A DNA stretch of 39,157 bases, taken from NCBI GenBank assembly GCA_043798985.1, contig JAZDOE010000016.1:1-39157 (forward strand), written 5' to 3'. How positions within the stretch are numbered: position 1 is the first letter of the stretch; every line of letters starts with the position of its first letter. The position numbers were made by a program, and so were the translations under genes. Source of the stretch: Candidatus Falkowbacteria bacterium (lineage in GTDB: Bacteria; Patescibacteriota; Patescibacteriia; UBA11705; JACRDX01). A model generated the notes under the pieces. That model did no database searches and was not told the origin of the DNA. It was given only the letters and a program-made list of their open reading frames with translations. This document shows positions 16,911 to 27,378 of the stretch, one piece after another.

Positions 16911-18605
16911 TTAGTGAACAGCGCAGGTAATGCACGGGTCAAAAGCGCGAATAAGTTTTTCAAGCTCTCTCTCCACTTCTTTAGGCGCGAGATTTTTAGT
17001 TTGGGCCAACAGCGCCGGAATTTCAACTTGCAAAGCCGCGAGATTTATTTGCGTCGGAGGAATGATATTATATTTTGCGATGGTTAAATCAGGATTGATT
17101 TCAACCTGATGAATCAATGTTCCGCGCGGGGCCTCTAACGAGGCCATTCCAGTACACTGCCCGACAATCGCGCTGGGCCGTTGGACGCTTGTCCGCTCCA
17201 TTTCTTTGCCTTCCAATTTCTCAATAAGTTTTGTTGACTCTTCAAGAAAATGCAAAATCTCAATCGCCTGCGCCAGATTATTACTGAACGGATTGTGAAT
17301 ATTAACGTTATATTGTTCAAAAAATTTACGCGCTAAAGGATTTAATTTTTTCTGCGCGAGCGCGAGACGCGCGAGCGCGCCAACTTTAACTGGCCGAGAA
17401 TCAACAACTCCAAATTTTGTTGTTGAACGTTTATCAATAATTTCCGTCACATTGGCAATTGATTTGGAATAATACAACGGATATTGATTTTTTGGCGAGT
17501 CAATCGTTAAAAACTCCAAATCAGTTTCAACTTTTGCGTAGTTGAACGCTCCGAAAAGTTCTATTAAACCTGCCGCCTCGTCCAGCACATCATATATTTT
17601 CTCTTTGATTTCTGATAACGCGTTAATTTCCGGTGGCTTTATAAATCCACCCAGCCCTGTGTTGGTTGGAAACGCATCAGACCCAGCCACAACTTTCAAA
17701 ATATTGTCAGCCAATCTTTTCAAATTCAACATCAAATGAAATTCAGCTGGATATTTTGTTGAAAGTTCAATTGAACCCTTCAAGCCAGCGTAATCAGGCA
17801 AAACCAAAAAGAACAAATGCATCAAATGGCTCTTTATAATCTGCCCGCACATCAAAAGTTCGCGCAATAAAATTGTCTCGCTTGTAATTTTCATTTTCAG
17901 CGCGTTTTCTATCGCGGCCCACGAGCAAAGATTATGCGAAATCGGACAAATTCCACAAACGCGCGAGTTTATAAACGGCGCTTGACTATAAGTTTTCCCG
18001 ACAAGCAACTCTTCAATCAGGCGCTCGCTTTCCTCTACCTTAAACGTTGCGGCACGCTTGTTAAAGTCGACACAAAGTGTCGCGTGACCTTCAATTTTTG
18101 CAGTGTAATCTGGCGGAGCAACATTAATTTTTGGCGAGTCCATGAAAGTGCCTTTTATTTTTTGCAAAAATGTTTTGAACGCTTCAATGTCCGGTGGGCA
18201 ACCCTGAATTTTTTCATCAACTTTAATGAATTTTTCAATTGGTTCCAAAAACTCTGCTTTTATTTTATAATCATCTCCATAAATTTTCTTTGCCGCAGCC
18301 TCGCGTTGCTCGGCTGTCAATCCGGCAAAAACATTTCCCGTGATCGCGCACGCGCCAAGCGCCACAACAATTTTGGAAGTCGCGCGTATTTTTTTTAGAA
18401 GTTCAATATGGCCGGCCGTTGTTGCGGCGCCCTCCACGAACGCGACGTCAAAATCTCCGGGCGCCGGCTCTTTAAGTAATCTCCAATTTATAATTTCAAA
18501 ATCCTGAAACAAATCCGCCAAAGATTCATCCAAAGAAAGCAAATGAAATTCACAGCCTTGACAACCGGTTAAATCAAACACCGCGATTTTTGGTTTATTG
18601 TTCAT
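16911..18605 (-). CDS. [NiFe]-hydrogenase with small and large subunits fused (group 3-like)
   Basis: small-subunit motifs GCQGC, EGA, GACA, GCPP, then KIEGH, L1 RVCGICPISH, EAPRG and L2 DPCITCAVH at the C-terminus. Confidence 0.9.
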   Translation of the reverse strand: MNNKPKIAVFDLTGCQGCEFHLLSLDESLADLFQDFEIINWRLLKEPAPGDFDVAFVEGAATTAGHIELLKKIRATSKIVVALGACAITGNVFAGLTAEQREAAAKKIYGDDYKIKAEFLEPIEKFIKVDEKIQGCPPDIEAFKTFLQKIKGTFMDSPKINVAPPDYTAKIEGHATLCVDFNKRAATFKVEESERLIEELLVGKTYSQAPFINSRVCGICPISHNLCSWAAIENALKMKITSETILLRELLMCGQIIKSHLMHLFFLVLPDYAGLKGSIELSTKYPAEFHLMLNLKRLADNILKVVAGSDAFPTNTGLGGFIKPPEINALSEIKEKIYDVLDEAAGLIELFGAFNYAKVETDLEFLTIDSPKNQYPLYYSKSIANVTEIIDKRSTTKFGVVDSRPVKVGALARLALAQKKLNPLARKFFEQYNVNIHNPFSNNLAQAIEILHFLEESTKLIEKLEGKEMERTSVQRPSAIVGQCTGMASLEAPRGTLIHQVEINPDLTIAKYNIIPPTQINLAALQVEIPALLAQTKNLAPKEVERELEKLIRAFDPCITCAVH

Positions 18606-18608
18606 AAT

Positions 18609-19235
18609 TTATCGCATTGCAACTCTGCGCTCTTCAATCTCTCTTGTGTGTTCAGCGGGTTCAAAAATTTGGGCTACGGCGCGCGCGTATTTCCGCAATT
18701 CAGTTGCATATTGCGCGCGCTCTTCTTTAATTCCATAATCTGGTAATTCTTGCATGATTATTCTGTTATCTGACGAATCATCAAATTGCTTATTCGGATT
18801 TCTTGTGACATCCAGTAATACTCTCTGCCCTTTATATTCAACAAACGCGTCGGTTTTATGATATTTGTCCAACGGCGAACCAACTGCCGTATAAAATTTT
18901 AATTCCAAAGCATCATCTCCTTCTGGATCAACGCCAATCTCTTCAGCAACAAAATCCAACAAATCCCGCGCCACTTTTGTTGACGGGCAAGTTGGATCAT
19001 CGCCTGGTTGAAAATTTTTTGCGAATGTGACAGCTCTTTCAAATGGCAAATGTCCATTTGCCTCGTCAAAACTTTTTCCTCCGCTCAACTGCCGAAACAA
19101 CTCTATCGCCGCTGTCTTATTTTTCTTTACCGTGCACACTCCAAAATATTCTTCTTCCAAAAGTCTGCCGGTTAAATCGGCTGCCTCTTGATAACGCCCA
19201 GGTCGTCTAACATAATCCGATGATCTTACTGCCAT
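18609..19235 (-). CDS. hypothetical protein
   Basis: 208 aa ORF co-oriented between yidD and the hydrogenase; TDAF...LDVT.N..K weakly PD-(D/E)xK-like. Confidence 0.7.
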   Translation of the reverse strand: MAVRSSDYVRRPGRYQEAADLTGRLLEEEYFGVCTVKKNKTAAIELFRQLSGGKSFDEANGHLPFERAVTFAKNFQPGDDPTCPSTKVARDLLDFVAEEIGVDPEGDDALELKFYTAVGSPLDKYHKTDAFVEYKGQRVLLDVTRNPNKQFDDSSDNRIIMQELPDYGIKEERAQYATELRKYARAVAQIFEPAEHTREIEERRVAMR

Positions 19236-19248
19236 ATTTGTAAGTTAA

Positions 19249-19488
19249 TTATTTCAAAACTGGATCATTCCCGCCTTTTGAAAATGGGTTGCATCGCAAT
19301 ATTCTGTAAACTGCTTTTAACCCACCGCGAATTACTCCGTATTTTTTTATTGACTGCCGCGCGTATTCTGAACAAGTAGGGTTAAATCTACAATAACCAA
19401 GAGGAAAACGATTTTTAAACCAGCCATGATCAGGCGATAATGTTTTTTGGTACAACCAAATCAGCCAAAGAACAATTTTTCTAACCAT
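19249..19488 (-). CDS. yidD: membrane protein insertion efficiency factor
   Basis: YQKTLSP, CRFNPTCSEY, RILRCNPF..GG.DPV. Confidence 0.95.
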   Translation of the reverse strand: MVRKIVLWLIWLYQKTLSPDHGWFKNRFPLGYCRFNPTCSEYARQSIKKYGVIRGGLKAVYRILRCNPFSKGGNDPVLK

Positions 19489-19490
19489 AA

Positions 19491-19862
19491 TTAAACTTTA
19501 TCTGACTTTAAAACGCGCATCTTTTTCAAAAAATCCAAACACTGTTTTTCAACTTCAACAAATTCCAATTTGGCAGAAGGCTTTGCCGCAACAACCAAAA
19601 AATCAAAGCCAATAATAATATTGTTCAATTGTTTATGGAAAATCGCGCGCAATCTTCTCTTGACTTTGTTGCGCACACTCGCGCGATTATCAACTTTTGT
19701 GCCGACAATAAAACCAAGCCGGTTTATTTTTTTCTGATTTGGCAAAATTTTAAAAACAAAAGCATCCGTGGAAAAACTTTTGCCACCAGCCTGTTTGAAT
19801 TTGGCGCCAAAACAAGCGTCAAATTCCAATGTCTTTGTTATTCTATTTTGCTTAGGTAGCAT
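19491..19862 (-). CDS. rnpA: ribonuclease P protein component
   Basis: MLPKQNRI, RLGFIVGTKV, ASVRNKVKRRLR (RNR motif); synteny. Confidence 0.93.
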   Translation of the reverse strand: MLPKQNRITKTLEFDACFGAKFKQAGGKSFSTDAFVFKILPNQKKINRLGFIVGTKVDNRASVRNKVKRRLRAIFHKQLNNIIIGFDFLVVAAKPSAKLEFVEVEKQCLDFLKKMRVLKSDKV

Positions 19863-19865
19863 TAC

Positions 19866-20012
19866 TTATTTACTGGAAACGGTAAGCTTTTTGCGACCCT
19901 TTGCTCTTCGTCGCTTCAATACATTGCGTCCATCTTTCGTTTCCATCCTTTGTCTAAAACCATGAACCTTTGCTCTTCGTCTTTTTTTCGGCTGATATGT
20001 GCGCTTCGGCAT
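19866..20012 (-). CDS. rpmH: 50S ribosomal protein L34 (absent from the ORF track)
   Basis: translated by hand: [48 protein letters not shown]. Confidence 0.97.
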   Translation of the reverse strand: MPKRTYQPKKRRRAKVHGFRQRMETKDGRNVLKRRRAKGRKKLTVSSK

Positions 20013-20111
20013 AAAATTTTATTTGTTTAACTTTAATAATATGTATAGCATAGCTAAACATTATAAAAAAAGCAAGTCTATTTTGACTTCTTTTTTTTGC
20101 TGACATATACT

Positions 20112-20172
20112 TTATCAACAACCTATCCACACCTTATTAACTTTTAAAGCTTTGCAATGGCATTTATCCACA
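20112..20172. promoter_or_regulatory. DnaA boxes upstream of dnaA
   Basis: TTATCAACA 20112, CTATCCACA 20123, TTATCCACA 20164. Confidence 0.8.
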
Positions 20173-20223
20173 ATCTCTTTCATGGTAAAATGCCTTTAAC
20201 AAACAAAAATAATTCGTACTCGC

Positions 20224-21606
20224 ATGGACGACAAAAACAAACAACTTTGGGACTCTACGCTCGCGGAACTGGAGTTGGTGCTCACAAAGCCAGTGTTTTC
20301 CACATGGTTTAAAGATACTTTTATCGTTGAAAACAATGACGGCCGCGTCACAGTCGGCGTTCCCACAACTTTTGCGCAAGCTTGGCTGCAACAAAAATAC
20401 CACCACAAAATTTATCAGATACTACAAACCAAACTAAGCGGTATTCGCGTTAAAGAAATTAAATACGCTGTTCAGAATATCAAAGATTTTTATAAACAAG
20501 TAATTGAACTTAAGCAAACAATCAAACAAGAAACCGCGGCAAATGCCATTTCTCCGTTTGATTCCGTGATATTTAAACAAACAGGTCTAAATCCTAGGTA
20601 TAATTTTGAAAATTTTGTGACGGGAAAAAATAATGAACTGGCAACTGCCGCGGCAAAAGCTGTTGCAGATAATCCTGGTCATGCGTACAACCCGCTTTTC
20701 CTTTATGGCGGCGTTGGTTTAGGAAAAACACATTTAATGCAAGCTGTCGGCAATAAAATTTTATCTAAATTCCCAAACAAAAAAATCAAATATACAACCT
20801 GCGAACAATTTACCAACAACTTTATTGGCAGTATTCAAGGCGGCAAAATGGCTGAATTTACAAAAACGTACAGAACGCCTGATGTTTTAATGGTAGATGA
20901 CATCCAGTTTTTATCTGGCAAAGAAGGAACGCAAGACGCGTTTTTTCATACTTTCAACGAACTTTACCAAAATGACCGACAACTTATTATTACGTCTGAC
21001 CGACCTCCAAAAGCGCTGGCGATTATTGAAGATCGCTTACTAACACGGTTTGAATGGGGCATGATTGCTGATATTTCACAGCCTGACATGGAAACAAGAA
21101 TCGCAATTTTAGAGGCAAAATGTAAGGAAAAGAATTTTAGTTTAGACAGGCAAATCATCCATTACATCACGTTGAACATTCAAAATAATGTTCGCGAACT
21201 TGAAGGCGCGCTAAACAAAGTGATTGCATATCACCAGCTTAACAAACAACCAATCAGCTTAGATTCTGTTAAATCCATACTTTTTTCATTATCAGTTTCA
21301 GGAAAACAGACAGGATCTTTAACTCCACGTAAAATTATTGAATCTATCTGTGAATTCTACGAACTTGCCGTTGAAGAAATGATCGGTCCGAGCAGAGAAA
21401 AAAGGCTTTCTTACCCGCGTCAGATTATAATGTATATTTTACGTGATGAATTACAGGCATCTTATCCAACAATAGGACAAGAGCTTGGAAATCGCGACCA
21501 TACAACAGCTATTCATGCTTTCAATAAAATACAACGCGAGCTTGACGTAAATGAGAAATTGAGGCAAGAAATCAATTTATTAAAACAAAGAATATACAAT
21601 GTTTAA
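20224..21606 (+). CDS. dnaA: chromosomal replication initiator
   Basis: LNPRYNFENFV, YNPLFLYGGVGLGKTHL, VDDIQF, NVRELEGAL, RDHTT. Confidence 0.99.
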   Translation: MDDKNKQLWDSTLAELELVLTKPVFSTWFKDTFIVENNDGRVTVGVPTTFAQAWLQQKYHHKIYQILQTKLSGIRVKEIKYAVQNIKDFYKQVIELKQTIKQETAANAISPFDSVIFKQTGLNPRYNFENFVTGKNNELATAAAKAVADNPGHAYNPLFLYGGVGLGKTHLMQAVGNKILSKFPNKKIKYTTCEQFTNNFIGSIQGGKMAEFTKTYRTPDVLMVDDIQFLSGKEGTQDAFFHTFNELYQNDRQLIITSDRPPKALAIIEDRLLTRFEWGMIADISQPDMETRIAILEAKCKEKNFSLDRQIIHYITLNIQNNVRELEGALNKVIAYHQLNKQPISLDSVKSILFSLSVSGKQTGSLTPRKIIESICEFYELAVEEMIGPSREKRLSYPRQIIMYILRDELQASYPTIGQELGNRDHTTAIHAFNKIQRELDVNEKLRQEINLLKQRIYNV

Positions 21607-21893
21607 TGTAAATTGACAAATCCTGTGCATAACATCTGGATAACTACCCAGCAAAAAGTAGATAAGTCAGTTGATAATTAACCCGCAAAAGTGCATAAAC
21701 TGGCAAAATCTGACCAGAGATACTACGTTGTTACTTATACACAAGTTAATACCACAAAAGCACAACTCTTTTTCACACAATTGTCCACAAGCTTTTAACG
21801 CAAATTTACATTATAATAAGACTTATCAACTCTATCCACAGCCCTTATTATTATTATTATCTTATATATATAATTCTTACTAACTAAAACAAT
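21607..21893. other. oriC: replication origin oriC (dnaA-dnaN spacer)
   Basis: many DnaA-box variants, then tandem boxes 21823-21840, GCCC, (TTA)n trios 21845-21860 and an AT-rich tract; strand composition shifts from A/C-rich to G/T-rich across this region. Confidence 0.88.
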
Positions 21894-23018
21894 ATGAAAT
21901 TCGTCTGCACACAAGAAAACTTAAACGGAGGGTTATCTGTTGTAGGACACTTATCTACAAAGAATATAAATCTGCCAATACTCAACAATATTCTGATGGA
22001 GGTAAAAGAAGATTATATAAAACTATCAACGACCAACTTGGAAATTGCAATTACATGCATTGTTAGAGGTAAAGTTGAAAAAATTGGCAAATTTACAGCA
22101 GATTCCAAACTATTGGCCGATTATATTGCCTTATTGCCAAGGGAAAATGTTGAAATTTCACTTGTTGAAAACGATTTTTTGAAAGTTGATTGTAAAAAGT
22201 TCCATACAAAGGTTAAGGGGATAGCAGCTGAAGATTTTCCAATAATTCCTGAAATTTCAAAAGAAAATTTCATTAAAGTAAATTTAGCGGATATTCGCAA
22301 TGCCATAAGTCAGGTTGCATTTTCAGTATCATCGTCTGAAACAAGGCAAGAATTAGCTGGCGTGTTGTTCAAATTAGATGGCGTTAATTTGGTGCTGGCC
22401 GCGACTGACAGTTATAGATTGGCTGAAAAAAAGATAACGATTGAGGAAAGCACAATTAAGGAAGCAAGAAAAATTTTAGTGCCATTAAAGACAATTCAGG
22501 AACTTTTGCGTATTTTAAACGCGCAAAAAGATATAAATGAAAAAGCAGAACTTGTAATTTACGTTAGCGAAAACCAGATTTTATTCACTTTTGATTCAAT
22601 AGAATTGGTTTCGCGCATTATCGAAGCGCAATTTCCGGAATACGAACAAATTATTCCGACAGCCTTTAAAACAACGATATTTGTTGATAAGTTTGAATTG
22701 GCAAAAATAATCAAAACCAGCGCGTTGTTCGCAAAAACCGGAATTTTTGATGTTAATCTGGATTTTGCGCAAAAGACAAGTGGTTTATTAGTTTCATCGT
22801 CAAATGCGCAAACAGGTGAGTCAATGGCTGAATTAGATGTTGAATTCACAGGCGAGGACAATAAAATTTCTTTGAATTATCGTTATTTATTGGATGGTTT
22901 GAACAATATGTCTGCTAATGTGGTTGAGATTTCCATGATTGATAATAACAAGCCGCTGTTGGTTAAACCGCGTGACAGCAAAGATTACGTTTATATTGTC
23001 ATGCCAATTCGGCAATAA
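21894..23018 (+). CDS. dnaN: DNA polymerase III beta clamp
   Basis: LPILNNIL, AATDSYRLA, FPEYEQIIP, YIVMPIR. Confidence 0.98.
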   Translation: MKFVCTQENLNGGLSVVGHLSTKNINLPILNNILMEVKEDYIKLSTTNLEIAITCIVRGKVEKIGKFTADSKLLADYIALLPRENVEISLVENDFLKVDCKKFHTKVKGIAAEDFPIIPEISKENFIKVNLADIRNAISQVAFSVSSSETRQELAGVLFKLDGVNLVLAATDSYRLAEKKITIEESTIKEARKILVPLKTIQELLRILNAQKDINEKAELVIYVSENQILFTFDSIELVSRIIEAQFPEYEQIIPTAFKTTIFVDKFELAKIIKTSALFAKTGIFDVNLDFAQKTSGLLVSSSNAQTGESMAELDVEFTGEDNKISLNYRYLLDGLNNMSANVVEISMIDNNKPLLVKPRDSKDYVYIVMPIRQ

Positions 23019-23107
23019 AGTACTAGATATCTCATTAATGATTTGACTTTCATTGACTTTATGCCAGATGCCATTTATAATGTTTTTGAAATTTATTTAG
23101 TATTAAT

Positions 23108-23180
23108 GCGGGAGTAGCTTAGTTGGCAGAGCGCAACCTTGCCAAGGTTGAGGTCGCGGGTTCGAGACCCGTCTCCCGCT
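23108..23180 (+). tRNA. tRNA-Gly(GCC)
   Basis: GCGGGAG/CTCCCGC acceptor, CAACC-TT-GCC-AA-GGTTG. Confidence 0.96.
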
Positions 23181-23203
23181 TTTTTCATCTATATCTTCAT
23201 CAT

Positions 23204-23288
23204 GGGCGAGTGGCGGAATTGGCAGACGCGTTGGACTTAAAATCCAATGGCTGTATAAGCCGTGAGGGTTCGATCCCCTCCTCGCCCA
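23204..23288 (+). tRNA. tRNA-Leu(UAA)
   Basis: GGGCGAG/CTCGCCC acceptor, TTGGA-CT-TAA-AA-TCCAA, long variable arm. Confidence 0.96.
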
Positions 23289-23313
23289 TTTTAAAATTAG
23301 ATTGAATAACTAT

Positions 23314-23351
23314 AAAAAAAGAGCCCGGCTATTCGGCCGAGGCTCTTTTTT
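23314..23351. terminator. bidirectional intrinsic terminator
   Basis: A7-gagcccggc-tattcg-gccgaggctc-T6 between convergent units. Confidence 0.75.
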
Positions 23352-23364
23352 GTTTTATTTACCA

Positions 23365-24618
23365 TTATTCTTTTATTTGCACCGCTTCTTTTTGTTCTAT
23401 TTTCTGCTCTACATTCAACTTTTCGTTCACGATATTTTCTAATTTTTCAAATTTAGCGCGTGTTTTATCATCAAACGTGCCAGATGTTTTCATGTATTTT
23501 TGCATGAGCTTGAACAATTCATCGCGAATAGCACTTAATGTTTGATTTGCTTCTCTGAAATCCCCGCCATTAGCGCTTTCAATCACATCAGCCAGTAGGT
23601 CGTCAATCACCTGTTTTACTTCTTTGTTTTTAACACTACGCACGCGATCCTTAATATCTCTTATTTGGTAAAGCACGCCCATAATTTCTCCTGGGTGCAA
23701 CCCACCGTGAATTGTTTCCATTGCTAATTGCGCGTCTTCCATGTTTCCTTGGTCGTAATATGACTTGGCCTCATTGTAAGCGCCTTCTGCTTCTGCCAAA
23801 TATCCAGAAATCGCGGTCATGTCCAACCCCAGTTTTGTGAATGCTTTTTGCGTTATCAATTTTTTCGCCTTTTTCAAATCTTTTGCGATATTGTTCAATT
23901 CTTTTGGCAATTCAATTTTGGCTCTTATTTTGTCCACTTCTTCGTAGAGCCGCGCGTCCCAAAATTCTTGTAAAGCTTCTCGCAGACGCATGTCTTCTGC
24001 TGGCGCATTGATATTTTTGTAATATCCAGCGAGCTGTGATAGGAGATCATTGATTGTCGCAGCATCGTCAGCGCTATTTGGCAATTTTTTTACTTGTTTT
24101 AAAAATCTTTTTAAATCTGTTTGCATTCGTTTAATGTCTTGCAGAGCATTTTTAACTTCGCGTGGGTCAACGAATTCTATTTGTTCTTCTTGTTCTACAA
24201 ATTCCATCTTTTGGTTTTGTTCATTGTTTGTGGCGCCGGGTTGATTCTGCTCTACTGTGGTGGTTGTTTTTTGATCAGTGGTTTGCGCAGGTTCAGTTGT
24301 CGCTGGTGTTGCCGGCGCCGGATTTACGATTTTGGTTTGTTCTTGTTTAACCGGCTCTTGTTTAATCGGTTCGGCTGGTTGAACAACAGTTGTTGTCGGT
24401 TCTAATGCTGGAGCGGGCGTCGTAGCAGGTTCTGTGATTGTGGCTTGTGAAATTTTGTAGACATGGACAATTGGAGTGTTCATGTCAATTTCATTGGCCA
24501 ATGAAAAGAGTGGCCAATCAACAAACCCGATGATCGCCAAAACCACGATAAGCATGACCAATGAAAAGCGAATGCTTCTTTGGCCATGTAGCGCGACTTT
24601 TTGGATGATTTGTTTCAT
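23365..24618 (-). CDS. hypothetical membrane-anchored protein with P/T/Q-rich linker and helical C-terminal domain
   Basis: 417 aa ORF with N-terminal TM and low-complexity linker. Confidence 0.75.
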   Translation of the reverse strand: MKQIIQKVALHGQRSIRFSLVMLIVVLAIIGFVDWPLFSLANEIDMNTPIVHVYKISQATITEPATTPAPALEPTTTVVQPAEPIKQEPVKQEQTKIVNPAPATPATTEPAQTTDQKTTTTVEQNQPGATNNEQNQKMEFVEQEEQIEFVDPREVKNALQDIKRMQTDLKRFLKQVKKLPNSADDAATINDLLSQLAGYYKNINAPAEDMRLREALQEFWDARLYEEVDKIRAKIELPKELNNIAKDLKKAKKLITQKAFTKLGLDMTAISGYLAEAEGAYNEAKSYYDQGNMEDAQLAMETIHGGLHPGEIMGVLYQIRDIKDRVRSVKNKEVKQVIDDLLADVIESANGGDFREANQTLSAIRDELFKLMQKYMKTSGTFDDKTRAKFEKLENIVNEKLNVEQKIEQKEAVQIKE

Positions 24619-24718
24619 ATATTGTTGTTAATAGTTATATATTATTATAGCATGCTGATTTATTTTATTAAAATTAATATGTTGTTATTTTCGCAAAGTG
24701 TGATAAAATAAACAGAGT

Positions 24719-25750
24719 ATGGCAGAAAAAAAACAACAAAACAGAGTGATTGAAACAGCGGCGGTAAACGATGATTCATCGTTAGATTTATGTTTGCGGC
24801 CAAAAGCGCTGGACGAATACATCGGGCAAACGGAAATCAAACAAAATTTGAACATTTTTTTGGGCGCGGCAAAAAAAAGAGGCGAGCCGATTGAGCATGT
24901 TTTGTTATATGGGCCGCCGGGTTTGGGAAAAACAACTTTGGCGTTTATTATTGCCAAGGAAATGGGCACAAGTATTAAAGTGACAACAGGTCCGGCGATT
25001 GAGCGGGCCGGCGATTTGGCTGCGATTTTAACAAACTTGCAGCCAGGCGACATTTTGTTTATTGATGAAATTCACAGATTAAACCGCGTGGTTGAAGAAG
25101 TCCTTTATTCAGCGATGGAAGATTATGTTTTGGATATTGTAATCGGGAAAGGACCGTCAGCGCGCACTGTCCGGTTGAATTTGCCAAAGTTCACGCTGAT
25201 TGGCGCGACAACGAAGATTTCCAAATTGTCTTCTCCGTTGCGCGATAGATTTGGAAACACAATAAATATTGGTTTTTATTCAAATGACGAATTGAAACAA
25301 ATTGTTGAACGTTCGGCAAAAATTTTAAATGTTGCGATTGATCATGAAAACGCAATGGAAATCGCGAAGAGATCGCGGCGCACGCCGCGGATTGCGAATC
25401 GTTTGTTAAAGCGCGTGCGCGATTATGCGGAAGTGAAAAATAATGGTATATTGGACATGGAATCAGTGCGCGCCGCGCTTGAAATGCTGTGCGTTGACGA
25501 ATTGGGACTTGACCAAATTGATCAGAAAATTTTACTCGCGATTATTGAAAAATTTGGCGGCGGCCCGGTTGGTTTAAACACTTTGGCCGCCGCCACAGCC
25601 GAAGAGTTGGAAGCGATTGAAGATGTCTACGAACCGTTTTTGTTGCAAGAAGGTTTTATTGACAGGACCAGTCGTGGTCGTATCGCGACCGAAAGAGCGT
25701 TTAAGCATTTTAATAAGCCAGTTTTGTCGCAAAACAATAAATTACTATAA
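24719..25750 (+). CDS. ruvB: Holliday junction branch migration helicase
   Basis: [51 protein letters not shown]. Confidence 0.98.
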   Translation: MAEKKQQNRVIETAAVNDDSSLDLCLRPKALDEYIGQTEIKQNLNIFLGAAKKRGEPIEHVLLYGPPGLGKTTLAFIIAKEMGTSIKVTTGPAIERAGDLAAILTNLQPGDILFIDEIHRLNRVVEEVLYSAMEDYVLDIVIGKGPSARTVRLNLPKFTLIGATTKISKLSSPLRDRFGNTINIGFYSNDELKQIVERSAKILNVAIDHENAMEIAKRSRRTPRIANRLLKRVRDYAEVKNNGILDMESVRAALEMLCVDELGLDQIDQKILLAIIEKFGGGPVGLNTLAAATAEELEAIEDVYEPFLLQEGFIDRTSRGRIATERAFKHFNKPVLSQNNKLL

Positions 25751-25752
25751 TT

Positions 25753-26013
25753 ATGGTCGCGCCGCTTTCAATTTTTTTATTCATGTACATGGTGTACATT
25801 GTGTTTTTTGCTGTGTTCACTTTTTTTAATTTGTATCACATCCTTAAGTTTGGTTTTGCCAGTTTTGGCGCGTACCTGATTACTTTTAGCTATATTGCCG
25901 TGACAATTTTAGCATTGCTAATTTCGTATTTTTACATCGCGCGGATTGATTGGAGCACACAGGTTGAACTGTTTGGCAACGCTAAAAATATGGAAGGATT
26001 AATTGGGTTCTAA
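25753..26013 (+). CDS. small hypothetical membrane protein
   Basis: two TM segments; tightly coupled to ruvB. Confidence 0.7.
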   Translation: MVAPLSIFLFMYMVYIVFFAVFTFFNLYHILKFGFASFGAYLITFSYIAVTILALLISYFYIARIDWSTQVELFGNAKNMEGLIGF

Positions 26014-26015
26014 AT

Positions 26016-26576
26016 ATGTATTCTAGACATTATTTTCCAAATCAAAAAGCGAATGAATTCATAATTTTATTTTTGCGCAGACATTGGATTGAAGTGGCAA
26101 AAATCATAGTTGTCACGATTGGGTTATGCGCGCTGCCGCTGGTTGTTTATATCGCGACATTATCATATATTTCCGCGATTAGTGAAGTGTTTGCCGCGAT
26201 TTTTACATTGGGCGGCAGCGCGTTTTATCTCTTTGTGATTTTGTACACGTTTTCCAGTTTTATTGATTATTATCTGGATGTTTGGATCGTCACAAATCAA
26301 CGGATTATCAATATTGAGCAAAAGGGTTTGTTTGATCGCGTGATTTCCGAAAAAGAATTGGGCAGGATGCAAGATATAACTTCAACGGTTGAAGGATTTT
26401 GTGGCACAATTTTTCATTATGGCAATGTGCAGGTTCAGACAGCTGGCGAGGAGCAGCACTTTTTGTTTAAAAATATTCCATATCCAGAGGAAGTGGCGCG
26501 TACGATTAGCAATTTGGTTTCCGAATATAAAAAAGGCGGCGTCAGTGCGCTGGACGTCGCGATGGAGGATGTTTGA
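26016..26576 (+). CDS. membrane protein with bacterial PH domain
   Basis: LRRHW, WIVTNQRIINIEQKGLF, YGNVQVQTAG. Confidence 0.8.
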   Translation: MYSRHYFPNQKANEFIILFLRRHWIEVAKIIVVTIGLCALPLVVYIATLSYISAISEVFAAIFTLGGSAFYLFVILYTFSSFIDYYLDVWIVTNQRIINIEQKGLFDRVISEKELGRMQDITSTVEGFCGTIFHYGNVQVQTAGEEQHFLFKNIPYPEEVARTISNLVSEYKKGGVSALDVAMEDV

Positions 26577-26585
26577 AATAAAAAA

Positions 26586-26659
26586 TGGACTGTGGGGGAC
26601 TTGAACCCCCGGCCTCCTCCATGCCATGGAGGCGCTCTGGCCAACTGAGCTAACAGCCC
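26586..26659 (-). tRNA. tRNA-Ala(GGC)
   Basis: GGGCTGT/ACAGTCC acceptor with G3:U70, CCTCC-AT-GGC-AT-GGAGG. Confidence 0.95.
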
Positions 26660-26711
26660 AAACTCTATTGACTCATTCTAATACAGAGATTATAATTTGT
26701 ATAGTTTTTTT

Positions 26712-26783
26712 GGGTCGTTAGCTCAACGGTAGAGCAGTGGCCTCTTAAGCCATTGGTTGCAGGTTCGAGTCCTACACGACCCA
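26712..26783 (+). tRNA. tRNA-Lys(CUU)
   Basis: GGGTCGT/ACGACCC acceptor, GTGGC-CT-CTT-AA-GCCAT. Confidence 0.95.
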
Positions 26784-26785
26784 TT

Positions 26786-27367
26786 TTATTTAGCAGATTG
26801 AAAAATTTTCTGGTTTGTTTCAAAATGCTTTTCGCCGATGGTTTGTTTAATGCTTTGCAACAAAATTTCCTCTGTCAATTCGGTTGGCAGAGTTTTTTTG
26901 TAAAACGCAAAGCCGAGCATGAAAATGTTTAAAGCCATGACGCTGCCAGTTAATTCTTGAACTTTGTCGGTTCCATTTATTTGAAAAACATTTTTGATTG
27001 TTGAGCGCAAAGTTTTTTCAATATCCTCAATTGAAGGATAAATTGTTTTGTCAGAATAAACGGAAATTGGGATTATTTTGTGAGTGTCAAAAACGACCGT
27101 TGCTGTTGGTTTTAACAAAGTTAAAACACGCAAAGCTTCCAATGGCTCAAGCGAAATTAACAAATCAACTTCGCCATTTCCAAGCAATGGCGATTTAATA
27201 TTTTTTCCGATTCTGACGGAACATTGAAGACTTCCGCCGCGCTGCGCAAGTCCGTGAACTTCTGCCATTTTCGCGTCTGTACTGCTAAGCAGCGCGGCGG
27301 TCGCTATAATTTCAGCCAACGTAATGACTCCTTGCCCGCCAACGCCGGTTATTAAAATGTTGAACAT
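26786..27367 (-). CDS. iorB: indolepyruvate:ferredoxin oxidoreductase beta subunit
   Basis: GVGGQGVI, EVHGLAQRGGS, EPLEALR. Confidence 0.92.
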   Translation of the reverse strand: MFNILITGVGGQGVITLAEIIATAALLSSTDAKMAEVHGLAQRGGSLQCSVRIGKNIKSPLLGNGEVDLLISLEPLEALRVLTLLKPTATVVFDTHKIIPISVYSDKTIYPSIEDIEKTLRSTIKNVFQINGTDKVQELTGSVMALNIFMLGFAFYKKTLPTELTEEILLQSIKQTIGEKHFETNQKIFQSAK

Positions 27368-27378
27368 ATATATATTTA

